Source: Polymyxa betae A26-41
Taxonomy: Eukaryota; Protista; Endomyxa: Phytomyxea
NCBI GenBank assembly: GCA_003693705.1
Contig: RBZT01000855.1
Coordinates: 1-64,000, forward strand
DNA length: 64,000 nucleotides
Direction of reading: 5' to 3'
In this document: piece after piece, positions 39,372-52,923 of the stretch
Layout of the letters: each line of letters opens with the position of its first letter
Numbering within the stretch: position 1 is the stretch's first letter
Notes under the pieces: generated by a model
What the model saw: the letters and a program-made list of their open reading frames with translations, nothing else
What the model was told of the DNA's origin: nothing
Databases searched by the model: none
Made by a program: the position numbers and the translations under genes

Positions 39372-41845
39372 TTAGAATGGGGCGCCCGGCCATGTCGCTG
39401 CCTCAAATACATTTTTATCTTGTGATTTGGTCATACTCTGTAATCTTATAGCCATTAGTTCATCAATCTGTTTGCGAACAGCAGTTAGATGTCGAAGTAG
39501 AAGAGGGTTCTTCGATGAATCCATATCACGATCAATCTGAGCCAACCATACTGATAGCTTCTGTATAGCAGGATCTGTACCAGACACAACTGTCGGTTCC
39601 AGCAAACTGCAGGCACGAATTACATGACAGGGTTAGGGTTTTAGGGTTTCCGCCCGACCTTTCCAATGCTGCCAGGATCTTGAGCTTGACCGCCCCCGAA
39701 CTGGTCACAATCCATCTCTTACGTAATACAACGAGTGTCTCTAGAAGTACAGGTCTGGCACATCTACATGATTGTGCTAGACGTTGTATATCTGTATGAT
39801 GTACAGAGCCAGTACTACGTGTTATAGCATCAATTGTATGAACTAATTGACGGGTATGAGTGATGAGATTCGTGCTGATTCCCATTGATTGACGCCGCCG
39901 TTGATCGAGTTTATCAATAAGAAGTTGATCGAGATGTGTATGATCATCAATAGGATCGAGACCGGAACAATCACTAGACAGACACACAGCTGCTCAGTGC
40001 AATAAAATTCATTCGATTATCATGCATGCCATACTGTAGACAGGCAATCAGAGACGCCATCTCTCGCTTACTGAATGGGAACAGTTTCACGGCCCGGCCA
40101 GTACGCCCATTCAGGAACGACAGGTAGAACTGCGACGGGCCCGAATGGACCGGGCCGGTATTGCCGCCCACGACATGCCCATGGACGATGGCGGTCATGC
40201 TGGTCCATCGCAGATACAGTTGCGGTGTTTGACGTCGAGCTGCCAGCTGACGGCGCCTAAAGAACAGAATCAGTCGTTAAAACCCTAAACCCTTTCGAGG
40301 GCTTACAGCCGCGCCAAGCGCCCCGCATTCGATTCATCGTCATCGCTATCGGCGTCGTCATCGTCGGCGATGTCGTCGCCGTGCTTGCCCAATGCATGCG
40401 GTGTCCACTGTATCCCTGATACTGTGATCCTCATAGATCCAGATATCCCTGGACTAATAACATTCTTTAGATCATTACTTGATACTCTCACACCAGATAG
40501 ACGAACTCGTGTAGCACCAACATGATCTATCTCTATCCATATTGGCGATATCAATGATATCGTACTTGTAGGCAGGACAGCACGATATCGTCGCTCATGA
40601 TAATCCATCAATGTACAAGGCTGCTCATCATCATCGAAACGATCCGCGTCCGTCGCGGTCGTGCTGGTCGTCGTTGTCGCCGGGTCCAGCTGGGCCAGCA
40701 TGGCACCGAGTTCATCATCGACCGAATCGAACACACCAACAGTTCTGCGATTCGTGACGATCACGTTCATTTTCCGATAAAATAAAGTTCGTATTGATAT
40801 AGCTACAGGATATGATGTTATAATATCTATTGAATATGAACATTATTAAGGAGCCATCATAGATAAGGAACTGTCTCTCTCTGTCAATACCTTTCCATAT
40901 ATGAATTAGATATACAGCTCTATGTGTATATCTATCTAATGCATCAATCTGACACATAATAGATATATAATCAATACATAACATATATAATACACCTCTA
41001 TCTATATATTGTAGATCTATTAGATCAGATATCAATATCCGATCTAATTGTTTCAGATCCAAACACGTCTCTGTTCCCAACATAACACGATATAAATCAC
41101 GTGCTACTGGATCTGACCATGATCGCAGCATCTCGCCCGCAATCGGGACCTGCGACCGAATTCGGTCCAGTACGGCCCGGAGCGGGGTCGTACTGTCGGC
41201 CAGGGCCGGTCGCGACCTCAGTTCATGCTCCAGCAGATCCGACGACGGCGTCACTAAAACACATGACCGAGTTGGTACCAGATGGGGTCATGGGGCCCGC
41301 CCAGGGGGACCAGTACGGCCCGCGCGACTTACTGCCGATCAGGAGGAAGAGGTCTTGGACCGGACAGGTCTGCAGACAGAGCCGGGTCTGGGCCAGGACG
41401 TCGGGCTGGCCCCGGGCCCGATATCGGACCTGGTTCTGGATGCTGAGGCGCAGTACGACCGGCTGGGCCTGTACGTACCACCCGCGACGTCAGTCACGAC
41501 ATGCCTGGGGTTGGGGTGGTGGGGCCCGCCCCCTCGCCCCCTGAACGAACCTGTAATGGATAGATCTGATTGATAGCGATGATCAGTGCACATAGACGAT
41601 GTCCAGCTCTATCATCATCTCTATATAGTAACTGATCTAATATTAGACAGTACAACAGGGTCGCATTCTCAGCTGATTCCTGACATGACGCCTGTACCTG
41701 TACGACCAACATGGATTCTGTATCAGCTGTGTGTATGTATGTGTGTATCTATCTGTGTGTCTTAAACCTGATCTATGAGATTCGTATCTGATAATGACTG
41801 ATCTATATATGATGATATCAGATCCATCATATTGGATGGCGTCAT
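39372..41845 (-). CDS. Uncharacterised multi-exon protein (helical N-terminus, PH-like middle, VHS/ENTH-like C-terminal region)
   Basis: Exons join through GT-AG introns from MTPSNMMDLISSY... to ...EAATWPGAPF*. Domain guesses are by eye only. Confidence 0.5.
39629..39649. repeat. Interstitial telomere-like motif (longest of five such tandem motifs)
   Basis: agggttagggttttagggttt inside an intron. Related motifs at 422-436, 6805-6822, 32871-32882 and 40278-40293. Confidence 0.75.
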
Positions 41846-43091
41846 TGCGCGCTGATGATGGATCCGGCACCGGGCACTGGGGCCAGTACGCCAACCCTTA
41901 CTCGACCATTCAACGATGAATGTGATCTGATCATTACATGGGGTACCCGTTGATCTGTGAAATCAGAGAGATCGGATCAACATCATGCTGGCTTCAATTC
42001 TACTGAATGAATATATTCGTCTATGAAGTAGTCCATACCCGGTCTCAGATCCCATACTAAAGCTCGTCTTTTTCTGTTAAATAACACATAGTCAACTATT
42101 CACCTGATAAACGATCTCCCAGATCTAACACATAACAAATATATTAGTGATAGCCACATTCATCGAATATCAGATATCACATTCAGAGCATGATAGCGTA
42201 TTGAGCTGATGGTATTGCCAATTCATCTCACTCCTGATATGGCTCATTTGTGAAATTATGTTGGTGATGAATTCAGAGAACACAATCGTACTATTATTGT
42301 TGAGATAATCAATGGTGTTCATTCTGCAGCTGATCTATCCCAATCTCCAGTTAACCCATTCCTGAATAATTTATGAGCTTGATCAAATACGTTTTCTGGT
42401 TGGCGCTCTTGTAATCAATTAGGAGGACAGGAACATATCGATCAAGGTTGTTTGATACAAATCAGTAATGGTTCATTGTACCATGGACAGCTGCAATACA
42501 GGGCCTGAGATCTTTCATCAACCGGTTTCTTCTTATTTGTATCGTGCTGATGATCGGATAACAAACGAAGTCTGTTGTTGCCCAGGTGTTTGGTTGACAC
42601 AATTCGGAAATAGAGATTTCAGTCAGAGATTGATAACCAGCTGGTTGAATAATTCGTCGTACCCGATACAAATATTCAATCACATGATAGGAGAAACTAG
42701 GTTGAAAATAATATCAGGACATGGTCGACTTGATTGATTTTGTGCTTCATGAATCTCGTCAGCAAATGGATCATTTCATACAAGAGTGCCTTTAGAGATC
42801 AGAACTAAGAATTTGAACTTCTATAGAGTGAAATTGAGCGACATCCATAACATCTGATAATCGAGGTCTATTAATGAGAAGAGAGAGGTTATCCGATCAT
42901 TGTCTGGCAGCTTGATGACACAACACGACTCATCATTCAGCGACCATAAAGGACGTTGCGATTTAACGGCTACAAAGTTGTAAAGCAGAATGGGCAACAA
43001 CGAACTCCCATCGAGGCTGAATCTGCATGCTTCTTTATGATGGCTAATTAAATACATTATTAATAATGATTCCCATCTGGACGATCTCGTC

Positions 43092-43730
43092 CTAGACGAT
43101 AATCTCATGATCGGATTCGTTCCCGCTTCGGCCGTCCTCGGATCCCGATAGAGATCCATTGCCGTCATCACCGGCCGCCAGCAGCTGCGAATGCACTCGT
43201 AGCGCATGCATCCTTAGATGGGTTCGTCGAGAGAACGATTTCTGACAGCTGCTGCAGATATGCGGCTTATGTCTGGTATGAACGAGCTGATGCTTCTTCA
43301 GGTTGCCTTTATCAGCGAATGCCCGAACACATTTCGAGCACCGAAATGGTCTCTCGCCGGTATGAACACGTTCATGCCTCGTGCATTCGTATTTCGTCGC
43401 GAACGCTTTGCTGCAATCGGAGCATTCGAATCGCTTACTTCGGACGCGTTTCTTCTTGCTACCGATTCCCGGGACGACGGCGATCGACGATTCGGACGTG
43501 GCGTCCACGTGACCTTCCCTGAGTCGCGAATCGGCGCCTTCGACCGCTTTCCAGGCGCTGCTGGCGCCTTCCTTCTGCCACTTGGTTCGGAACGCCACAT
43601 CGGTCAGCACCAGCAGATGTTTGGCTTCATTAGCGGCGACATTATTCGCAGCCCTGGAGGCGGTCGGTATCAGGACGTTGACACGCCCAGATGGCATCTC
43701 ATCAGGCTCGTACTGGTCGCTGCTCTGCAT
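43092..43730 (-). CDS. C2H2 zinc-finger transcription factor (3 fingers)
   Basis: FECSDCSKAF...HERVHTGERPFRCSKC...HQLVHTRHKPHICSSC...HALRVH. Confidence 0.9.
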   Translation of the reverse strand: MQSSDQYEPDEMPSGRVNVLIPTASRAANNVAANEAKHLLVLTDVAFRTKWQKEGASSAWKAVEGADSRLREGHVDATSESSIAVVPGIGSKKKRVRSKRFECSDCSKAFATKYECTRHERVHTGERPFRCSKCVRAFADKGNLKKHQLVHTRHKPHICSSCQKSFSRRTHLRMHALRVHSQLLAAGDDGNGSLSGSEDGRSGNESDHEIIV

Positions 43731-43909
43731 TCAACGAAACGCTACCACAGAAAACGTGACAGATTGATCGATCTGGAAGTACCGAACAATTTCCTACACA
43801 GACATCACACCAGACCAGGGCCAGCACCACACATCTACTACAAGTCACACGCGAACGGTAGTAAATGGGAAAGGCTTCATTTTGGGTGGATAAACATTGC
43901 CCGAAGAGC

Positions 43910-44776
43910 TTAGTCGGTCTGCATGGCGTCTTTGGTTAACGACTGGAGCTTGGTCAGATCGCCGTCCCGAAGCCGACCCGATTTCAGCATCGCCTCCAGC
44001 TCGTTGATTTCGTCCATGCTCTTGGCCTTCTGGATGGCGTTCTATCGGCATTCACGTCAATAAACAAACATGGCAATCGTGAGTAAAAGATGTCGACCAT
44101 GATTAGATGCTTTTGTTCAGCAGTGAGCGGCTGCTTCGTGTTAGCATTATCAAGTTCGCATTCAGGTTTCGTCGTTGGAACTTGATTCTTGAACATTGCT
44201 CTGGCGCGCTCTCTTTCCGCCGTTTTTACTTTCTGAAAGTCCAGATGCCTCAGCTTTGGTAACAAGCTGATGACGTATAAGCGATAATTTTCAAGGACAG
44301 TGACAGGATTCTTCACGAATGAGACTCTTTCGAGATCTGTAATATTCAGCCAACGATAGAAAGCGTTCGTGACAGAAAGACTAACTTTGTAGATCTGCGA
44401 GTTGATCAAGGTCTTGTAAGCGACTAATTTGGTTGTTGGTCATAATAAGAGTCTCAAGATTCGGTAGATTTCGCCCCAAACCAGACGCGATCCGTCGAAT
44501 CCTATTGTTGCTAAGCAGCAGCGACTTTAACCTTTTCAGAACTGGGAGATTTTCCAGTTTGATAATATCATTATCAGTTAAATCGATACAATCAAATTGA
44601 TCTTCGGCAGCGCCAAGATTCTCAATAACAGGGATTTTCAGTCCTAGACTCGCACGGTCACAATTGGATCCCAGTTATGTCAAGAGAGCAGTTAAACCTC
44701 TTAGATTAAGCTCCCTCTCTAATACTGGGTTTATGCTGGCCGGGGATTGCTGGACTACCTCGGCTGTTAACCTCAT
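43910..44776 (-). CDS. SNRPA1: U2 snRNP protein A'
   Basis: MRLTAEVV...ERELNLRGLKIPVIENLG...DQFDCIDLTDNDI, LRR repeats, NYRLYVI..LPKLRHLDFQKVK, AIQKAKSMDEINELEAMLKSG. Confidence 0.95.
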
Positions 44777-45043
44777 TGGAGAGAGATGATGAGTGACGTC
44801 TTAATCAGAAGATGGTGATAAAACTACCAACAAAACAAACAGGAATCAGTCCGCAGCGGAAGCTCCATCTGCGTAGCTTTCTTTACCTTAAATGCCCCAA
44901 AACGAATAAACGATTATTCAGACGTCTTGTGCTATGGAAACATCTGCAGCCATAACTGTTTACAGAGCTAGCTGTAGACCATTATGGAATCTTTGCTAAC
45001 CATGCTGACTAGTAAACATCATCCTGCACTATGTAGATAGAGT

Positions 45044-48000
45044 TTATAATTCTGTTGAGAGAACGTTGACTTGATTTCCTCGTAACAAGAAAGTTGTGGT
45101 TGGGGTGCATGAAAGGCAATCCATCCATGCCATAACCTTTGTAGATGAATATGCAATGCTTGGGATTGGTACTGTTACAGCTATTGCAAGGGCTGATTGC
45201 GAATGTTTTTGTATCAGCTCGCTAACATGAAGAATTTTCAAAGTCAACTTCTCGAGTTCGCCATCATTTGTCAGCGCTTTGAACTTTTCAACAAGGTGCT
45301 GAGATGGGCGAAGGTGGCCTCGAGCATCTACCGACGCGGTTAGGCCGACAACTTCAGCAGGGATCCTCAGTTGCTTTAAAAGCCTAAACTCGACGCAAAC
45401 GAATAAGAGTGATAACACGTATAGCGTTGGATTATCTTACCCATACATACGAGCTATTTCACGACCAGAGCTCGAAGTAACAACTGTCATCAAGCGCATC
45501 TTGATGTTTTTCTTCTTGAATTGAGGAAATTTCGTGAGTAGATATCCCAAGAGAACAGTCAGACCACCATCATCAAACAGCCACCAAACATCAATTGAAT
45601 CTCTGCCTTCAGCATCAGAACGGAACAGTTTGGCGTTTCTCACAATAGCAAAGCCAGCATTTAATGCAAGAGACGTTTGCAGAATCCCAATATATTCGTC
45701 CAGATCCGCTTCTGAATTATGCCAATTATTCTTGAAACCTTTAACCAAGTTAGTGTGAAAAATATTGTTGTGAAGTCGCTACCTAGACACACCACATTCG
45801 CGGCCAAATGAGGTGTCACGCCAGAGGTCATAATTAGAGAACGAACAGCTTCAGTTAATGATCCAGCCACTATTACTGAAGCAAAACCCTTCACACGAAG
45901 ATCGGCGCTAAGGTAATCTTGCAAACGTTGCCGGACGCCAGAAGAGCACACAAGCTTTTTCATGTAACTCGTTTTGTTTTCATACATCTGAAAGGAGATC
46001 ATCGGAAGGAAGTTTACCAAAAATTAAAAATTGTTTACATCGCGATCGATAATGACATTGGCATAAATCGACAGTCCATGTCCAGCCCTGAGAAGATCGG
46101 TTGCTTTTATTAAATCTGGACGTTCGCCAGGCGAGCCAGATAAGATTAAAAAATTAGGCCTTCGATAGACGAACAGAGCTGAGTTAAACATGCAATAGAC
46201 CGCATCTCAACATACCTGTAAGTCTTTGATGTTTGAGGAGCTCGTTTTAAGTTATTCAGCGATTTGATGGCAGTTGTGAAAGCTAAGGTCTGGCTGGTGG
46301 ACCCCCAGTTGTACCGATACTTGTTTTTAGACGTAACGACGGCCAGATACTAATACAATCTGTTAAAACGATTTATTGCAATTGAAACACCAATACCTTG
46401 TAGAGGACAACTCCGATTATTATACAGGTGATCGAAGCGAATGCGTTAACAAACATCAAAGTAGCAGCACATAGAAAGAATCCAATCAAGGAAACCCACT
46501 TATTGGAATACTTAAAAGTTGGCCTCCAACCTGGTGATGCCGCAAACGAAGCTGCAAAAACAGCATAGTTGATAAGCTGGTAGAAATGAATTAGTTTCAC
46601 ATCCGATGATTTAGCCAACCGACCATAAACAATAGCAGATTTGCACCACTCGATAGCCTAGCATTCGAATTTGGAGACCCAATCAAAGTCTGCAACATTT
46701 TGAATTTCGTACACCAGCAATCGCATCATGAAACTTACAACAAATGCTGGAATTATACAGAAGAATACCAGACAACGGTTCAAAGACGGCTTTCTAACCG
46801 AATTTGCGCTTGGATCCAAGTCCAACCAAAGCCTAGAACCCTTCATAGAGGCTTTGACAGCAGGCAACTTATTCAGCAATTGGTTCAGGGCCGGAAACAG
46901 CTGATCTTGACACATTGCGAATAAGATTCTGGGACCAGTCATGAGGGCACCAAGAGCAGACGTCAATGTTGACGCGTAAATGCCAAGATAGACCAGCGGG
47001 CTCCATAAGGAAACATCAGCCATGATCATCTTCCTAAAAACTAGACCCTGGTTCCCATCGACCTGCCTAACATCAGTTCGGAAAGAATCTGCAAATACGG
47101 GGCACACTTCTCTGAGGCATGAAGATCCCAAAACCCAGCCGGAAATAATATAGGTGCATGAGCTGATCCCGATAGCAATCAAAGTACCGCGAGGGAATGA
47201 TTTATCTGGAGCCTAATTGCACTTAGTAAGCAAGCGACCCGAAAGTAAGCATTCTACCCTCAGCTCGCTGTACAATGTACCAGCAGCAGTGAATCTGCAA
47301 AGAAATGGAATTCAATACAGATTTTAAAGCGACCGAACACTTCGCCTACCCTGTCATTGCAGGAAAGAATAATATCAGAACGGACATCAAGGAGCTCCCG
47401 TCATAAAACCGAGGCCAAAAGTTATTGTGTAAGGTAGCAAGAGAAGCGCCGACGAAGCCGAATTGGGGTTTGGGCACTGATACAAACGCTCCCAAATAAA
47501 TAGATCCCAGACAAAGCAGCATAATAGCGAGAAAGATAGAAAAAACCTGAATATCGGTATAAATGGAGCCATGTAAATTAATCATTAAAACAACCATTAC
47601 AACTGCTTCAACCCCACAGCAGACGACAATTGTCAGCACCAATAATGTCATCAATTCAATCAATTTCATATCCCATCCATAGTCGATAACGGTGAAATTC
47701 GGTAGAAAAGTCTGCAAATATCAAATTAGAGCGAGTCTAGGCGATTGAACTTCAATACGTGAATTTGGTCCAGTAAAGCTTCTGCAAACGTAACCGTGAA
47801 TATCGACAGGTCAGAAGCATAACCAGCGATCATTAGGGTGCCAATAGCCCCTCCAAATTTCGGGCCAAGAGATCTGGATAACCTGTAGCGCATCATTACC
47901 GGGAGCATCTCTCGAATATGCCAAACCGCATACAGATAATAGATTCCACCACTATGTGGAGTTCCATTCGTTGCAATTGCACTCAAAGATAAGGCAGTAA

Positions 48001-48686
48001 TCACAGTCAGTACAGAGCAACCTAAAATCCTAATAGCTGTAAGTATACAGAAGAAATATGCTCAGCACAGCTAACATTGCGGTTCCCAAAGCCAGGCCGG
48101 TCTGGCCGAACGTCACTCCAAGACGCAAGAACATCACACCTCCGAAGATTTGCATGAGGTTCCTCGCTACAACACCATTCCACATGCCGAATGTAGCCTT
48201 GCGTTCATTTTGCACAGGTTCTGACTGCAAAAGGTCAACTTTTTGTGAATTGGACACGGCTTCGTCAGAGGATTCTGATCCGATTGATTCAGTTCCAAAC
48301 AGCAGATCGCTCACAGATGGTAGAAAGTCTTTATAGTTTTTGCTCGAATATGTCTGCAAAGAGGGCGTTATTTCTTCGCAAGGCTTTGTGCATTCAGACG
48401 AGAAGCTCTCTTTATCAGGAGCAAACAAATTCCGAATAAGCATTGAGTTGCCATGCGCCGGGATCTTCCGTTTAAATCTAACAGTCCTCATCTGATCTGG
48501 TGTCTCAGCTTTGCTAGCTTCTCCGTTTGACTGCTCAGATTCAGTATCGACAATATACATAAAATGATTTGACGATTTGGAAATTGATTGAGCGCTAGAA
48601 GAGGCATTTGATAAAAGCGATTGGGAACGTCGAAGCTTTTGTTTGACAGCATTCGGAAATGAAATTGGGGGAGGTTTACATTCCAT
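45044..48686 (-). CDS. SLC12 cation-chloride cotransporter (NKCC/KCC/CCC-like)
   Basis: FGMWNGV, FGGVMFLRL, SLSAIATNG..GGIYYLLSRSLGPKFGGAIG, FFPAMTG, SPGWRPTFKY, YRPNFLIL, IDVWWLFDDGGLTVLL, LLRGNQ. Start approximate. Confidence 0.92.
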
Positions 48687-49171
48687 CGCTTCAATGGAAA
48701 ACCAGGAAAACCATCCGTTGGCGAACGTCCAGCAAAAGTAGATCAATCCCGATTTAGGGATGGAGGCTTAGAGATATCGCTATTCCGGAAATTGTGCCAG
48801 AACGGAAATCTCTGTGACTTTCTTGGAAAACGAAACTTTCCAAAGGGCAAAGATTTCTGAGAGCAGTCACCGCATGTGACGTCAATTTCAGTTACGCTCT
48901 CGGTTTAGCCGGAAGAACCTTCTCCCGATCGCCGCCTCTGATACAGCGACATTAAGTGGATCCAGTTCTGGCGACATTGACGCAGCAATCCGATCGGGAC
49001 AGAGCAGAGACCACAAAAGCTCGCTCACAAAAGCGCTCTGTGCATTATTCCACTCGATGAGAAGATCGCCGATGAGAATGGAACGTAAACACGTCGGGCC
49101 TGACTCTGTGACGTCGTTTCCTGAAGAAGACATGAAAAGGAGGCCGCATTCACCGTTGATTGATATGAATC

Positions 49172-50875
49172 ATGGCCTTCCTCATCAGGTTGGCTAAACA
49201 GCAAACCTTGCAATCGAAAGCTGCACAGTTCGATGTGGAAATCCGGTCGCTGAAAACCGAACTGCAAATACCTGGACCTGTGCAGATCGAATGGATTCGA
49301 GGATCGCGCAGAACTGCGGCGATTGTCGATACGCCGCGTTCCAATGGTGGCTGGTTTAACCTGGAATGCAAACTCAGCATGCGGGCGACGATGTTCTTTG
49401 ATGCGGCTTCCAAAGGCGATCAGTTCCAGTCAAAATCGAGTAAATTAGTCTTCAAAGTGCTTTGTTCTGATGGTCTGAAACCCCTTGGCGAAATCCTGCT
49501 CGATCTTTCTGGCTGCTTTACAGGTCAACCTATAGATCTTCAATTGTCTTTGAAAAGCTGCAAGGATAAAAATGCCATCGTCGATCTTCGGATAGTTGGC
49601 CAAACCCATAACCATCAGTATCGTGACTTTTTGGTATATGTGATTCGAGCTAATTTTTTGAGCACAGCAATGAAATGCCTTCACAATGTGAATCTTTAGT
49701 GGAGCCAACATCAGCGATACATTCGGAATATGAGAATGATTCACATCAAAAGGAGGTTGTTGCAGAGCCTGATAAGCCAAAAGCACCAGAGAACTCGTCA
49801 GCACCAGCAGAGAATTATCTGACCCAAAATGTTTCGTTTGCCTCCGACAACGAAGGTTTTGGCGGAGGGGTTCCGACATTACCCAAATTGACGCCAAAAG
49901 AAGAATTCCTCTCGATTCAATTAGATAATGCCAAATCACAGCTGGAGGAAGCTTTGACTGAAATTGACCAGCTTCGTAGTAAAGAACGTGACATGATGGA
50001 AAACGAGCGAGAATTATTCCAGCTTAGACATGAAAACTTGCAATTACGTGAAGAACTGCAAGCAAACAAGGAAAATTTGATGACAAGATTGACGTACAAA
50101 GAAAAATTCGAAGATTCCAGGATAGAATGTGAACAGTTAATCCAGAATCTTAACGAAACATCACAGAACCTGAGTAAAGAGCGGCTTAGACTGCAAAGCA
50201 TTCAGAGGCTGATGATTGATATTGGTCGCAGAATCGACACAGATGGAGATTGTGAAATCAGTATCAAAGAATTGGATGAAAATTACAAGATCAACAGTGA
50301 GGGTGGTTGCGAAGGCGTTGTGAACGAGCTGCAAAGACTTGTCAGCAGAATATTCCAGTTAAGATGCGAGGTCAAAGAGCGACAATCCCAAGTTGAACGT
50401 ATCGGCTATCAGCAACAGCAAGTGGTTGACAAGTGGAAATTATTAGCAGGCAAGACCGTTAGAATCACAATCGATGGCGAAGTCGAAGAAATCGACTTCG
50501 GAAACCTCCGATCAGAAAGTCGCAGATCGAGCCTCAACCTGCCAGCATCAAAGTCTGATTTCAGCTCAGAATCAGTCAAGCGTGCAACCGAATCGAGTTG
50601 TGACGTGTTCCGCTTACAGATTCAACAACTGAAACAAGAATTAGAACTAGAAAGATCACAGTATAGAAAGGCAAACCTACCGGATTCCGATACGGTGTCG
50701 CTTGAGCACCAGCTGCTCGAAGCCAAAGTCAGACTCGCCAATCTCGCTGAAGCTCTTACTTCTCTAGAGCAAGAGAACAAGCTAATGAAAGAACAGTTGA
50801 ACCATTCAGAGTGGTATTTCAGATTTAACAAGTCGATAAAAAATCCTTAATCTATTCAGACGACACTACAGTTGA
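49172..50875 (+). CDS. NT-type C2 (EEIG1/EHBP1-like) domain + long coiled-coil protein
   Basis: FDVEIRSL...IEWIRGSR...TMFFD...FQSK..KL...LGEILLDLS, followed by heptad-rich coiled coil ending LLEAKVRLANL. Confidence 0.7.
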
Positions 50876-50911
50876 AACTACGCATTCACCAAAATTTTAA
50901 TGTTAGTACAA

Positions 50912-52923
50912 TTAGGGAGTGCAGCGCATAGGGTCACGTGGGAATAGCGACGTCAAGCGAATGTTTTTCAGACCGCAAAATAACATGACAACACGTTCCA
51001 AACCGATCCCGGCACCGCCATGTGGGAATGCACCGGACTTGAAAGAGTCGACATAAGATTGAATGGTAGAAACAGGAATGTTCTATTGGTCACGGTGAAT
51101 ATACTGACAAAATTGTAGAAATCCAATTATTACCAATTCTTCAGCACGACGCTGTAACAGCTCGGGATCGTGGATACGTTGAGCCCCAGAGGTGATTTCT
51201 TCACCGCGAAGGAAGACATCATACGAGTTGGAAAAACGAGGATCGTCAGGGCATGGCATTGTGTAGAACGGCCGAGCCGACATCGGGTATCGATCAACAA
51301 TATAGAAATCAGTTCCATACTTCTCCTTCACAAGAGCACCAAGATGTTTTTCCTAAACAAGGTTTACGAACATTACGGAAAATGCACTGGAGTGGCTGAC
51401 CTGAGGAGTAGTGATATCGGTATGCTCATCAGCCTCAGTATCGCCAGCCTCCCGAAGCAACTTGATAGCATCTTCGAAATGGAGAACAAGCGGCTTTGCA
51501 GGATACTGAAGTTTCTCAAACGGGTACTGAGCTCGGACAATCTCGAGCTCATCAGCATGTTTTTCATGCAGTTTATCAAAGATGAATTTGAAGAGGTCAC
51601 CTGAGAACGCAGCTTTGAGCATCACAGAAGATAAACGAATTGGAAGCCAGACCAAGTGTCTCAAGAATCTCATGATAATGTTCCTTAATTTCCATTTCGA
51701 AATCGAGACCAGTGAATTCGCACATATGACGGTGCGTGAAACTTCGTTCAGATCGGAACACAGGGCCAATCTCGAAAACACCATGAAGATCGCCGTTAAT
51801 ACACATTTGCTTATATAATTGCGGCGACTAGGGACATCCTTAATAGACAAAAAATCGAGTAGATTTCACCAACTTGAGCAAGGAATGCAGGGGTTCCAAA
51901 ATAGTCCAATTTGAATACATCAGCACCACCTTCTGATGCGGCACTAATCAGTTTTGGTGTGTGCACCTCGACAAAGTCGCGACCAAGAAAGTACTCGCGG
52001 AAATACATTCCCACTATGGAAACCATCACCAAACGAAGGTGAATGGAAAACAGAAAACTAACCGGCACTTTGAAGGCGAAAGATAGCGTGGTTGGAAACT
52101 GCTCGCAAATCCAGCCAGCGATTGTCGAGACGAACGGCACGTCCAACCGTCGCCATACCGTCCGATGCCGATTTGTCATCTGTATCATCAGCAAGGGGAC
52201 GGTTAGCATCGGCGATTTGCATAGCTAAAACAGGCGCCGAAGCCGAAATAACGAAGAGCTTTACAATCTGATAGAATGAATTCAACACTATGCGAAGAGC
52301 CCTAAGTTATTTCAACCTGAAGTTCGACATCGCTTTGGGACGTGCTCGTGATCGGAGCTTCAGCCTTGTTAACGATTCCAAGAACGTCGACAATGGATTC
52401 AACAGGAATCTTGCTGATGTACTTCACCATCTCACGAGGAGTCTCCGCGTCTTCAGAGATAACGGCCTGGATGGTATATGGTGTCTGACGGAGAACCAAG
52501 AAGCATCGCTTGCCTGAAGAATCCAGTCAGAGAAAATGTTACTGATAGAGCGATGATGCCTAACCGGTAGCGCGAACTGTTTCTAAGCGACAACGAAGCC
52601 AGATTTTAGCTCCAGCTGTCGATGCGTTCTGTTTACAAACAGACGCCCATTCTCGCGGCGAACGAGAGGCTGATTGAATCATTTTTAAGTCGCCATATTG
52701 AGCAGTCGTGTAATCATCGACAGCGATTACAGCGCGTTTCTACAAAAACAAACGCTTTGGTCTTTCGTAAACACTGAGAGGAAAATCGACCTACAGCAGC
52801 CTCGGCTGCCTTCGCCTTCCGCGCCTCCTTCTCAGCTTTGCGCGAGTCCTTGGCGGCCTGTTTAGCTGCCTTTTTAGCGTCCTTCTCCGGGTTCGAGCTG
52901 GCGACAGATTCTTCAGCAGTCAT
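50912..52923 (-). CDS. DARS1: Cytosolic aspartyl-tRNA synthetase
   Basis: [96 protein letters not shown]. Confidence 0.97.
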
